Assembly (NCBI GenBank): GCA_963850305.1
Contig: CAWKKR010000004.1
Coordinates: 96,001-160,000, forward strand
Reading direction: 5' to 3'
Origin: an uncultured delta proteobacterium
GTDB lineage: Bacteria > Myxococcota_A > Polyangia > Polyangiales > Polyangiaceae
Length of the DNA: 64,000 bases
Part shown: one piece after another, positions 48,297-58,468 of the stretch
Layout: each line of letters begins with the position of its first letter
Position numbering within the stretch: the first letter of the stretch is position 1
Program-made: the position numbers and the translations under genes
The notes under the pieces: generated by a model
What the model saw: only the letters and a program-made list of their open reading frames with translations
The model's database searches: none
What the model was told of the DNA's origin: nothing

Positions 48297-49154
48297 TCAC
48301 ACGGAACGCCTCAGGTGAACGAGGGCCCACCCCGCCTCGACCTTCCTCGAGCTCTTCGTGAGCCCGAGCGCAACATATCGAGCTTCGAGCTCGGTCGCGT
48401 GCTCGCGGAGAAACCCGGCGAGGAAGAGCGAGCCGCCCGGAGCGACCGCGCGCGCGACCGGCACGGCGAGGGCGAGGAGCGTGTTCAGATCGACGTTCGC
48501 CACTACCACCTCGAACCGGGCGCGCAGGCGCGCGATGGGTGTAGCCGAGAAGGTGCACGCCGTGGCGGAATTCAATGTCGCATTCGCACGAGCTGCGGCG
48601 ACGGCCCGCGAATCGAAGTCGATGCCGACGACGCGCGTCGCGCCGGAAGACGCCGCAACCAGGGCGAGCACGCCGCTGCCCGTCCCGACATCGAGCACCG
48701 AACGTGCGCCGACACGGCAAGCCCTGTCGACAGCGCGCGCGGCCAGACGAGTGGTCGCATGCTCACCGAACCCGAACGCGGGTGCGGGGCCCAATCGCAC
48801 GATGCGCCCCGCCGTCGGACTCTCCGCTGCCGTCGTAGGCAGCAGCGTGAGCGAGCGAGAGATCCGGACGGGCTCCAGATCGCGCATGAAGCTCGTTTCC
48901 CAATCCGCGTTCACCTCGGCGAAGCACACCGAGATCTCGTTCGGGATGCCGCGCTGTCGAAGGAGAAGTCGAGCCGCTTTTGCCTGAGCGTCGAGTGCGG
49001 GGCGACCTTCTCCATAAACGCGAAGGATCGCGCGGCCATCGCGACTCGTGATCTCCACACCTCCCGCCCCCTGTTCGATGAGGGAGGCCGCCACCGCCTC
49101 GGCGAATCGCGACGGCAGAGAAACCCGGAGCTCATGAAGGGATCTCGCTTGCAT
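48297..49154 (-). CDS. prmA: Ribosomal protein L11 methyltransferase
   Basis: PAPAFGFGEHATT, VLDVGTGSGVL, VVAN. Confidence 0.85.
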   Translation of the reverse strand: MQARSLHELRVSLPSRFAEAVAASLIEQGAGGVEITSRDGRAILRVYGEGRPALDAQAKAARLLLRQRGIPNEISVCFAEVNADWETSFMRDLEPVRISRSLTLLPTTAAESPTAGRIVRLGPAPAFGFGEHATTRLAARAVDRACRVGARSVLDVGTGSGVLALVAASSGATRVVGIDFDSRAVAAARANATLNSATACTFSATPIARLRARFEVVVANVDLNTLLALAVPVARAVAPGGSLFLAGFLREHATELEARYVALGLTKSSRKVEAGWALVHLRRSV

Positions 49155-49314
49155 GGAGTTTCCTGCGGGAAAAATATGCTCGTTCGCCTTTCATCGCCTC
49201 CGCGGAGCAAAATCTCAAGCTCGGCCCGCGCCATTCATCCGGTGCCAAGCCCCGTCCAAGCTGGGCCTGCCGCTTTGGCCTCGCACCGGCGGATTTCCAG
49301 GCTGGGCTTGCTCT

Positions 49315-49944
49315 TTAGCGGATCAGGAAGCCAACGGCCAACGCGGCCCCGGCCATGGCAAGGACCACGGTCATGCCGAGGAGAAGCAGCTTGAACGCCT
49401 GCCCGGTCGTCATCCGGTGGGCTTCTCTGAGACCGATGAAGAGGAGGACGAAGCTCCACACGGAGGACGCGATCAAGGCCACGGCGAACCAACCGACTGC
49501 AGCGCCCTGACCGGGGGACAGATGTGCATGCGCAGGTGTGAAGAGCTTTTCCCCGCAGAGGGCAATCATCGCGACCCACAGGGGGAACGTGCACGCGGTC
49601 GGCAATTGAGACCACGAGATCGCAATTCTGACGTCGCGATTGGAACCCGTTCCGCCGAGCTTGCGACCGATCAAGCCGTAGACGACGGCGAATACGTAGA
49701 CGAAAATCACACTGCCGAACGCCCCGAGCGCTCCGCCCCCGACGACGAGCGCCCGGAGCGAGAGTCCGGGCGGCAGCGGCACGTCCGGCATGCGCGCCCA
49801 CGACGCGGAAAGGCCCGCGAGCACGACGATCGGAAGCCAGTCACTCTCCTCGCGGTCGTCGATGATCTCGCGGATCGTTGGCCGCGGCGCCGTGAGCATG
49901 CGGACCACGCGTCCGCGTCTATTCTCCTGACTCCGCATCGTCAT
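49315..49944 (-). CDS. Yip1-family membrane protein
   Basis: MLTAPRPTIREI, GRKLGGTG..VRIAISWS..P, about five TM segments. Confidence 0.75.
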   Translation of the reverse strand: MTMRSQENRRGRVVRMLTAPRPTIREIIDDREESDWLPIVVLAGLSASWARMPDVPLPPGLSLRALVVGGGALGAFGSVIFVYVFAVVYGLIGRKLGGTGSNRDVRIAISWSQLPTACTFPLWVAMIALCGEKLFTPAHAHLSPGQGAAVGWFAVALIASSVWSFVLLFIGLREAHRMTTGQAFKLLLLGMTVVLAMAGAALAVGFLIR

Positions 49945-49970
49945 CGGGATACTTGTGGGTCGCCTCGGGC

Positions 49971-50411
49971 TCAAGCGGGGTTCGAAGGAGCCTGCGTGAG
50001 CAGCATTCCGGCGATCTCCTCCGGGATTCGGCGCGGCCGATGCGCTTCGTTCACGCACGCGAGCAGCGTGTACCCGGAGACCAGCAACTCCGCGCCGCGG
50101 AGCACGCGATAGTCGAACCGGATGGTCACGCGCGTCAGCGCGCCGACGCGGGTCTCCACCGCCAGCACGTCGTCGAACCGGGCGGCACGCTTGTATTCGA
50201 GCTTGGCCTCGACCACCGGCATGTGGACCCCGCGCTCCGTGAGGGCGCGATAGTCCATGCCGCGGGCGCGGAGATACTCCACGCGCCCGGCTTCCATGTA
50301 CGTCAGGTACGCAGCGTGGTGGACGATGCCCATCAGATCCGTCTCGAAGAAACGGACGCGCAGGGATGTCAGGTTCACCGCGTGTTCGGGGATCGAGATT
50401 GCAGGGGGCAT
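49971..50411 (-). CDS. YbgC/FadM-family acyl-CoA thioesterase
   Basis: RVRFFETDLMGIVHHAAYLTYMEAGR, YKRAARFDD. Confidence 0.9.
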   Translation of the reverse strand: MPPAISIPEHAVNLTSLRVRFFETDLMGIVHHAAYLTYMEAGRVEYLRARGMDYRALTERGVHMPVVEAKLEYKRAARFDDVLAVETRVGALTRVTIRFDYRVLRGAELLVSGYTLLACVNEAHRPRRIPEEIAGMLLTQAPSNPA

Positions 50412-50417
50412 ACGCGG

Positions 50418-51330
50418 CTACGGCCTCTGGCGCTTCTCTTCGAGTTCCTCGAGTTCTTCGATGCTCTTCGGCCAGTCGCCCCGCAGAAGACGGGAGAGGC
50501 CCCGGTCCGCAAGGACTTTGCCGTCAGTCTGGCACCGCGGACAATAGTTCACCTCGTTCGTCGCGTGACGGATACGCTGGATCTTCGTGCCGCAGACGGG
50601 GCACGGGATCCCGTACTTGCCGTGAACGGCCATTTCCGGTCGAAACGCCGTCACCTTCTCCGGAAAGCCGTCTCCCGCGTCGCGGCGAAGCCGATCCGTC
50701 CATTCGACGAGCGTCGAACGCATCGCGTCGCGGAGCGTCGCGACGTCCTCGTCCGTCAGGCGCGAGGTGAGCTTGACCGGCGAGAGCCGCGCGCGAAACA
50801 GGATCTCGTCCGAGTAGGCGTTGCCGATGCCGCTGAACAGCCTCGGATCGGTCAGCGAGCGCTTCAGCGTATGATTTTCCGCGCGGAGCGCGCGCGTCAC
50901 GTCCTCGACCGTCGCCTCGAGCGGCTCGATACCGCCTCGCGCGAACGGCGCGAGCGCCGCTTTGCCGCGCACGACGTGGAGACTCGCGCGCTTCTTGGTC
51001 CCGGCCTCCGTGAACAAGAGCACGCCTTGCTCGAAGTCGAACGCGGCGAGGCCGAGACGCTTCGGGATCGGGGCGCCCTTTTCCCGGGCAACGAGTCGGC
51101 CCGCGACCATCAGGTGGATCACCGGAAATAGAATCGTCCTCGAAGGAGAGCACCAGGCGCTTGCCGATCCGGAGCGTCGCAACGAGCTTCCGCCCTTCCA
51201 GGGCCGAGATCGACGGCTCGAACGACCGCACGACGAAGATGCTCGCCACCCGGACGTGCTCGAGGCGCTGGCCAGCGAACAGCGCACCTATCCGCTCCAG
51301 GTAGACAGCAACGTCAGGGAGCTCCGGCAT
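50418..51330 (-). CDS. Fpg/Nei-family DNA glycosylase (one apparent +1 frameshift at ~51132)
   Basis: MPELPDV N-terminus and GK in one frame. HLM..G, SGIGNAYSDEIL and CPVC..CPRC zinc finger in the next frame. Confidence 0.9.
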
Positions 51331-51537
51331 CGAGGGCCGAGCCGACTCCGTGAAACATCCGTGAAGGCTCCGGCACTTCCGACTGTCGCAGAAGGCAACG
51401 GTGCCGACAAAGCGCAAAGATCCGGACGCTGTACTCCGTGAGCGCACCCGAAAAGCTTCGCCGGGTGAACTCCGCGGGTATTTCCGCCTGAAAGAGCGGC
51501 TTCCCTGCGCGGAAGACGTCGGTGCTAGAAAGCGCGC

Positions 51538-53492
51538 GTGTCGATAGTGAGCGCGCGACAGCTCTCGAAGTCGTTCGGACCGCAGACGTTGTTCGACGAC
51601 ATCGCCCTCACCGTGCGATCGGGGGAACGGATTGGCCTCCTCGGCGCCAACGGCACGGGCAAGTCGACGCTGCTCCGGATCCTCGCGGGCCTGGACATGC
51701 CGGACCGCGGCACGGTCGAGCGGCGACGCGGCGCACGCATCCTCTATCTGTCCCAGGAGCCCGTGGTCGACGCGACCCTGACTCCACGGCAAACGGTCGA
51801 GGAGGGGTTGACCGAGTGGCACGCAGCCATGAAGCGGCACGAGGAGATCACACGCGCCATCGAGTCCAGTGAGCGGACGGATCACGGCGCGCTCGTGGAC
51901 GAGCAGGCGGCCCTGACGGACCGGATACTGCAACTCGGCGGCTTCGCCCGGGACCACGTCGCACTCGAGATGCTCGGACACCTCGGAGTCCGGGACATCG
52001 ATCGACCGCTGGGGACCATGAGCGGCGGCGAACGACGGCGGGTAGCCCTCGCTCGGCTCCTCGTTTCCGGACCCGACCTCGCCATCCTCGACGAGCCGAC
52101 GAATCACCTCGACACGGATACGATCGAGTGGCTGGAAGAGTACCTCGCCGACACGTTCGGCGGCGCGGTACTCATGGTGACGCACGATCGCTATGTCCTC
52201 GATGCCATCGCCGACCGCGTGCTCGAACTCGATGGCGGTAGCCTCACGGAGTTCAGCGGAGGGTACGCCGATTATCTCGAGCAGAAGGCAGAACTCATCC
52301 TCCAGGCGGAACGGGTCGAGCAGAGCCGTCTCAACCTGATGCGGCGAGAGCGTGCGTGGCTGCTCCGGGGCGCGAAGGCGCGAACCACGAAGCAGAAGGC
52401 GCGCGTGAAGCGCGCGGAAGCGCTGCTCGAACACGAGGCGCCCCGCGCAGCGGTGACGACGAGCTTCGCCGGGCTGGACGCGGGGGTCCAGCGCACCGGC
52501 AAGACGATCCTCGACCTCGAGGAGGTGTCGGTCGTCGTGGGGACCAAGCAACTGGTGAACTCGCTCACCCTCCGGATGATCTCCGGCGAACGGGTGGGCG
52601 TGATCGGGCCGAACGGCGCCGGCAAGACGACGCTGCTCGAGCTCGTCTCCGGGAAAGTCTCGCCCACGACGGGACGGGTCGTGCGAGGCCAGAACACGAG
52701 CTTCGTTTATTTCGATCAGGGGCGCTCGCATCTCCGCGACGGGTGGTCCGTCTTCGACAACGTCGCGGGGCGAGAGGGCGCGGACGGCGATGCATCGGAC
52801 GTCGTGCGTATCGGGCCCAGGATTTTCAGATGCGGACGTATCTCGAACAGTTCGCCTTCGAAGGCAGCAAGCAAAGGCAGAAGGTCGGGGCGCTGTCGGG
52901 CGGCGAGCGCGCACGCGTGGCCCTCGCGAAGGCGCTCCGCGGAGGGGAAAACCTCCTGCTCCTGGACGAACCGACCAATGACCTGGACGTGTCCACGCTG
53001 TCCGCGCTGGAGGAGTTGCTCCTCGAATGGCCGGGCTGCGCGATGGTGGTGTCACACGATCGGTACTTCCTGGACCGCGTGGCGACGTCGATGCTCGTGT
53101 TCGAGGGCGACGGTGCGGTGACCCACTACCCCGGCGGCTATGAGACCTATCGCTCGCTCAGGGCGGAGGCCGCGCGGGTTGCGGCTGCCGCGCGCGAACC
53201 CCTTACCGAAACGACGACGCGCACCTCGAAACAAGCGACGATCCCCATTCTTGGCCCGAAGCCTCTGACATTCGCGGAGAGGAAGGAGCTCGACGGACTC
53301 CTCGACGAGATCACGCTGCTGGAGGAGACCGTCGGCGAGCTCGAACGACGCCTGGGCGATCCGACGCTCTACGCGGGCCCGGCTGACGAAGCCCGCCGGC
53401 TGGGAGACGAACACGAGCGCGTACGTGCAACGGTTCTGGCGAAGACCGCGCGCTGGGAAGATCTCGAGTCGCGCCGCGGCCTGAAGCGTTGA
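51538..53492 (+). CDS. uup: ABC-F ATPase, Uup-like (one apparent frameshift at ~52816-52826)
   Basis: Two ABC cassettes (GANGTGKS/MSGGE/DEPTNHLD and GPNGAGKT/LSGGE/DEPTNDLD), ARTTKQKAR linker, C-terminal coiled coil ending RWEDLE. Confidence 0.85.
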
Positions 53493-55291
53493 CCGCTGCC
53501 GACCCGCGGCGCCGCGTGATACGGTGGGCCCCGGTGATCCGACCGTTCTGCGCCAGTGGCGGTTCTCGCACGCGAAGAGCCCTGGTCACCCTGGTCGGGG
53601 CTGCGGCGTTGCTGGCCGCGACGACGTCCCTCGCCCAGGCTCCCGCCGCTGCGCCGCCTCCAGCGCCCGCGCCGAACCCCGCGCCGCCCGGATCAGCCGC
53701 ACTGCCCGTCCCGGGCACTCCACCGGCCGTATCCGCGGTTCCACCCCCTGCGAACACGGACGAACCCCCCGCGCCCCCGACGGAAGCGCCGGCTGTCGCC
53801 GCGCCACCTGAAGCTTCCGCACCACCGGTGACGACGCCTGCTCCGGAACCGGAAGAACCGCCGCCGTCCGAGAGCGACGCTTCGCCCGAGAAGGACACGC
53901 TCAAATACGTCCTCGACGATATCGAGGTGCGCGGCAACACCCGCACCCGCGCACGTGTCGTCCTCCGGTACGTGCCGTACCGGTCGGGCGACATCATCGA
54001 CGTCGACGATCCCAAGGTCGCACTCACCAAGTATCGATTGCTCGGCACCGGATTTTTCAGGGACGTGCAGCTCGCGCTCCGGAAGGGCAGCGGCCCGGGA
54101 CACGTGGTCCTGATCATCGAGGTGGTCGAGCGAAACACGCTGATCGTCAACGATCTCTGGATGGGCATCGCGGCGGGCGCCGACACCGAAGGAAAGGCCC
54201 GCCCGCTGAGCCCGTACGGCGGCGTGGACGCGGCCGAGACGAACCTCGCCGGCACGGGCATCACGCTCGGCGGCGCCGTCGGGTTCGCGAGCGACCAGTT
54301 CGCGCTTCGGGTTCGATTCTTCGATCCGGCCTTTCTGGGCACCGAGTGGATGACGAGCGGCATGCTCCTCTACAACCATGCGGACGACTTCTTCGGGAAC
54401 AGTCAGGTGGAATTCACGGCGCCCCTCGCCGATCCACAAGCGCAGCAGGCTGATTATGCGGTCGTCCAGTACCAGCGCTTCGGCGGCACGGTCGGCATCG
54501 GACGGGATCTTTCGGTCAGCACGCAGCTCTGGGCCAACTATCGCCTCGAGGGGATTCACACGTGCAGCTTGTGCATCCCGAGCGCCGCGTCCGACATCCG
54601 CGGAAGGCAAGGCGAGCTCGATCGTGAACCCATCGACTTCGACATCGTGCGGGGCGACAGCGTGCTGTCGACGGTGTCGGCGACGCTACAGCACGACACC
54701 CGCGACAAGCCCTTCCTGACCAATCGAGGCTGGTTTGCCTCCGTGACGGCCGAGGTGAGCCTCGCGCCGTTCGGCAGCGACTATCCTTACTCGCGGATCG
54801 ACATCCTGGCGTCCCACTGGTGGACCCTCCCGAACGATCACGTCCTGCGGCTCCGCTTCTTCGGCGGCGCCATCTCGGGGAGAGCGCCGTTTTTCGAGCA
54901 GTACTATATCGGAGACCTGAGCGACTTCCGGGCGCCGCGGGAGCTCGGAATCAACGTCGAGCGGCGACCCGCCCCGAACTTCTTCGACACCGACATCGTG
55001 GAGATCCGCCGCGGCGATTACGCGGCGAAGCTCGATGTGGAATATCGCATCCCGGTATATCACGGGACGCGCAGCGTCTACGGCATCGACGTCTTCGCGC
55101 GCGCGGGCCTGTACGCGCTCGCGGGGCAGCGGGACATCCAGAATCCGCCCGGTGGCTATTCCGGAGCCGCGCTCATCCCCATCGACTTCACCGCGAACCT
55201 CGGTGTGGAGGTGGATACGAGCGCGGGCGGTTTCACGTTCGCCCTCGCGAACGTCCTCGGCTTCATCCCGGCGTTGAGCGAGGGCCGATGA
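53489..55291 (+). CDS. Omp85/BamA-TamA-family protein with Pro-rich N-terminus and one POTRA domain
   Basis: IEVRGNTRTR..L..TGFFRDV..IEVVER POTRA, ETNLAGTG, HDTRD..GW. Start uncertain. Confidence 0.8.
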   Translation: MTAADPRRRVIRWAPVIRPFCASGGSRTRRALVTLVGAAALLAATTSLAQAPAAAPPPAPAPNPAPPGSAALPVPGTPPAVSAVPPPANTDEPPAPPTEAPAVAAPPEASAPPVTTPAPEPEEPPPSESDASPEKDTLKYVLDDIEVRGNTRTRARVVLRYVPYRSGDIIDVDDPKVALTKYRLLGTGFFRDVQLALRKGSGPGHVVLIIEVVERNTLIVNDLWMGIAAGADTEGKARPLSPYGGVDAAETNLAGTGITLGGAVGFASDQFALRVRFFDPAFLGTEWMTSGMLLYNHADDFFGNSQVEFTAPLADPQAQQADYAVVQYQRFGGTVGIGRDLSVSTQLWANYRLEGIHTCSLCIPSAASDIRGRQGELDREPIDFDIVRGDSVLSTVSATLQHDTRDKPFLTNRGWFASVTAEVSLAPFGSDYPYSRIDILASHWWTLPNDHVLRLRFFGGAISGRAPFFEQYYIGDLSDFRAPRELGINVERRPAPNFFDTDIVEIRRGDYAAKLDVEYRIPVYHGTRSVYGIDVFARAGLYALAGQRDIQNPPGGYSGAALIPIDFTANLGVEVDTSAGGFTFALANVLGFIPALSEGR

Positions 55292-55998
55292 GCAAAGCAG
55301 GACGCGTCGCGCCGGCGCTCCGCTGGGCGGCTCGGCTCGTCTGGTTCGTCTCGTGGACGCTCGGGGTGGTCGCGGCCACGCGGACGGCTCGCGCCGCGGC
55401 TTCGCCCGCGCCCCGGACGGCGACGTTCGACTGGGATGTGACGCGGCAAGAGCTGTACGTGTCGCTCGCGTTTCGCGACGTGGTCGACGACGAGATCCGC
55501 CGGAAGCTCAGCCGCGGTCTTCCCACGACCATCGTGTTCACGGGCACGCTGTTCCGTCGCAACGCGCGAGCGCCGGTCTCGACGACGGTGCAGACGTGCA
55601 AGATCACGTGGCACGTCTGGGACGAGGCCTATCGCCTAGAGGTCACGCGGCCCGACGGCACGCGCACGCGATGGACGACGACCCTCGAAGGCGTTCTCCG
55701 TCGCTGCGCCGAAGTGACGCGCCTCCTGGTGGCAACCAGCAAGGAGGTGGGCCTCGGGATCCCCGTCTATCTGCGGGCACGCGTCGAGGTGAACCCTCTC
55801 AGCCCGGAGCTCCTCGACAAGATCAAGCTGTGGGTGAACCGCCCGGCGCGCACCGGCACGGCCGCTCCGGGGGACGCCCTGTTCAGCACGTTCACGGGTC
55901 TCTTCATGCAGCGCATCGGGGCAGCAGAGCGCATCCTGGAGCTCGTGACGTACGAAATGGTACCGATCCTGGGTGGACCCGTTCAAAGTGAGATCTGA
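55288..55998 (+). CDS. DUF4390-like exported protein
   Basis: Signal peptide, D.EIRRKLSRGLPTTI..CKITWHVWDEAY..VEVNPLS. ATGA overlap with the Omp85 gene. Confidence 0.6.
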   Translation: MSKAGRVAPALRWAARLVWFVSWTLGVVAATRTARAAASPAPRTATFDWDVTRQELYVSLAFRDVVDDEIRRKLSRGLPTTIVFTGTLFRRNARAPVSTTVQTCKITWHVWDEAYRLEVTRPDGTRTRWTTTLEGVLRRCAEVTRLLVATSKEVGLGIPVYLRARVEVNPLSPELLDKIKLWVNRPARTGTAAPGDALFSTFTGLFMQRIGAAERILELVTYEMVPILGGPVQSEI

Positions 55999-56581
55999 CG
56001 TGTTTCCGCTCGGGCTGCGCATCCGGGGCCGACTGTGCCTCGTGGTCGGAGACGGCGAAGAAGCCCTGCGGCGTGCAGACGCGCTCGGCGCGGCGGGCGC
56101 GACGGTGCGCGTCGTCTCGAGTCGACCATCGAGCGGCCTTCGCGAACGGGCGGGACGCGGTGAGATGGCGCTCACCGAACGCGCGTTCGAGGACGCAGAC
56201 TTGGACGACGTCTGGCTCGCGGTTCTCGCGGACCCCGACTCCGCCCTCGCCGAACGGATGGACCGCGCCGCCGAGCAGCGACGGGTCTTCTACTGCGCGG
56301 TGGACCAGCCGGCCTTCGGCACGTTCTCGCACGCCGCGATCGTTCGGGCCGGTCCCGTCACCGTTGCGATTTCGACCGACGGCAAGGCGCCGTCCCTGGC
56401 CCGACGGCTACGCGAGGAGCTGGAAAGACTGTTCGAGGAAGCGGACCTGGGAAAATTCGCGGAACGGCTCTTTCAGCTCCGCGAAGCCACGCCGAGCACG
56501 AATCGCCGTGCGGTGCTCGCCGCCGCGGTCGGAGACGTTCGCTTCACGGGAGCCCTCGCTCTGCCGGATCGGAAAGCCTGA
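55988..56581 (+). CDS. Precorrin-2 dehydrogenase / sirohydrochlorin ferrochelatase (CysG N-terminal, SirC-like)
   Basis: FPLGLRIRGRLCLVVGDG, VDQP..F..AIV..G..TVAISTDGKAPSLARRLRE. Confidence 0.85.
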   Translation: MRSDVFPLGLRIRGRLCLVVGDGEEALRRADALGAAGATVRVVSSRPSSGLRERAGRGEMALTERAFEDADLDDVWLAVLADPDSALAERMDRAAEQRRVFYCAVDQPAFGTFSHAAIVRAGPVTVAISTDGKAPSLARRLREELERLFEEADLGKFAERLFQLREATPSTNRRAVLAAAVGDVRFTGALALPDRKA

Positions 56582-56703
56582 GCGAGTCGAAAATTCCGCT
56601 TCTGACGTCCCGTGTTCGAGCGATTTCTGCGGTGACAGCGGGCCTGATAGTGGTGTTACGCTCCCGTCTCGAACGAGGCCGAACGATTACTTTGGAGACG
56701 ACC

Positions 56704-57330
56704 ATGAAGACGCAGCTTCGATTTTTGGGTGGGTTCGTGATCCCCGTGGCGCTCGTGGTGGCGTGCGGCTCGAGCAGCAAGAGCGGGAGCACAACGGACG
56801 CCGGCTCGGGTGGACAGAGCGGCACCGGCGGAGGGGCGAACGCTGGCGGCCAGACAGGAACCGGAGGCGGGGACGCGGGCGCGACCTGCGACAAAACAAG
56901 CTGCGAAGGGTACACGGGATACACTGCTTGTTGCAGTGGAACGGGGTGCGGCGTCACGTCCTCCGCGCTGGCCAATCAATGCGTCCCGATCTCCCTCATC
57001 AATCAGTTCAAGGACGCGGGCAACCTGTTCGGCAGCGCGGAACTGATCGTCCCCGACCCGAAGTGCAAGGCCGCCACGAACAATGGCATCACCGTGGCTG
57101 GATGCTGTGACAAGACGGGCTTCTGTGGCGGGTCGACCGCCAGCATTCCCTCGAATCCATTCATTCAGATTCCGGTCGAGTGCCTGACGCCGGGCGACGA
57201 GGCCAAGCTCGCATCGGGCATCTTCGGCGCGCAGGACGCAGGACCCGAGACTCCGTGCGACTACGCCGCGGACCTCGCGAAGATGGGCAAAGACGGCGGA
57301 AGTTCCGCCGACGCGGGCAAGAGCAAGTAG
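56704..57330 (+). CDS. Cys-rich lipoprotein, hypothetical
   Basis: Lipobox VVAC-GSS, G/T linker, two CC..G.CG modules. Confidence 0.75.
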   Translation: MKTQLRFLGGFVIPVALVVACGSSSKSGSTTDAGSGGQSGTGGGANAGGQTGTGGGDAGATCDKTSCEGYTGYTACCSGTGCGVTSSALANQCVPISLINQFKDAGNLFGSAELIVPDPKCKAATNNGITVAGCCDKTGFCGGSTASIPSNPFIQIPVECLTPGDEAKLASGIFGAQDAGPETPCDYAADLAKMGKDGGSSADAGKSK

Positions 57331-57352
57331 CAACGGCGTCGTTGGAGCAGGC

Positions 57353-58468
57353 TCACTCTCGCGACCGGGGCGTGAGCCACTCCACCGTCCTCTGCCAGAC
57401 CTCGCTCGGCGCCGTCGTCCCTCCGACGATGGCGACGTGACCGCCCGTCACGTCGACGAGCGCCTTGTCGAGGCTGCCCACGCGAGAAAGGATCGCGTGG
57501 GTAGCTTCGGGTAGCGCGACGTTGTCCGTGCGCCCCGCGAAGGCCAGAAGCGACTGTCGCACGGCACCGAGCTCGCAGCGCTTGCCGCCGAACACGAGCT
57601 CGTCGGTCATCAGTTTGTTCCCCGCGACCACGTCCTTCACGACCTGCTTGAACGCGTCGCGCGGATACGGAATGAGATCGTTGATCCACGAATTGACGGT
57701 GTCGAAGGAGCGCAGGTACTCCGGGTCATAGAGCCGTCCCACGAAATCGGCCCAGCGCGTGAACGCGCGCGTGCCCGCCATGACCTTGAACGCCGCGGTA
57801 CTCCAGGCGCCCGGGATGTTGCCGACGAGGGCCGTCACGGGCGCGACGGTGAGCGCACCGAGCTTCGCGACCCAGTGCGGAGCGGCCATCTTCCGGAAAT
57901 CTACCGGCGCGCCGATCGTGACCAGATTCTTCACGCGGTCGTCGCGATGGGTGCCCGCGTGTAGAAGCGCGAAGATCCCCCCGAACGAATAACCGAGGAG
58001 CGACACGTGTTTCGCCCCCGCCGCGCGCAGCGCTTCGTCGATAGAGCGAGGGATCCAGTCGAGGACGTAGTCCTCGAGCCGCGTGTGGCGGTCGCGACGA
58101 TCGGGTACGCCGAAGTCCACCACGAACACGTCGAAGCCGGCATTCCGGAGGGTCCGGACGAAGGAATGATCGGGGCGCAGATCGTAGACGTACGGCCTGA
58201 CCATCAATGGCGGGATGAGGACGACCGGAACCGGCAGTCGCTCGAATCCGACTTGATACGTCTCGGTACCGAGCTCGTACTCCTCGTCGTGGAGCGGTCG
58301 GATGCGCCTCAGCTCGAGCTTGCCATCCTGAAAGACGCTGTCGCTCGCGGCAGCATTCTTGCCGGCGGTCGCGGAACCTTCGCGAAAATGCACGAACGCG
58401 TTCACGGCCGATAGCACCACCCGGTCCGCCACGCCGCGCGCGAACTTTGCCCTGCTCCGCGGCGTCAC
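57353..58468 (-). CDS. PhaC (class III PHA synthase)-like alpha/beta hydrolase with Ser nucleophile
   Basis: PVVLIPPLMVRPYVYDLRPDHSFV..GFDVFVVDFG, GYSFGG, RTDNVA, GGHVAI. GTGA overlap with the upstream gene. Confidence 0.75.
   Translation of the reverse strand: MTPRSRAKFARGVADRVVLSAVNAFVHFREGSATAGKNAAASDSVFQDGKLELRRIRPLHDEEYELGTETYQVGFERLPVPVVLIPPLMVRPYVYDLRPDHSFVRTLRNAGFDVFVVDFGVPDRRDRHTRLEDYVLDWIPRSIDEALRAAGAKHVSLLGYSFGGIFALLHAGTHRDDRVKNLVTIGAPVDFRKMAAPHWVAKLGALTVAPVTALVGNIPGAWSTAAFKVMAGTRAFTRWADFVGRLYDPEYLRSFDTVNSWINDLIPYPRDAFKQVVKDVVAGNKLMTDELVFGGKRCELGAVRQSLLAFAGRTDNVALPEATHAILSRVGSLDKALVDVTGGHVAIVGGTTAPSEVWQRTVEWLTPRSRE

Noticed and set aside
50418..53492. fpg/nei and uup as true pseudogenes
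   Set aside because: Each has one single-base break with all motifs intact on both sides, so sequencing error is more likely.
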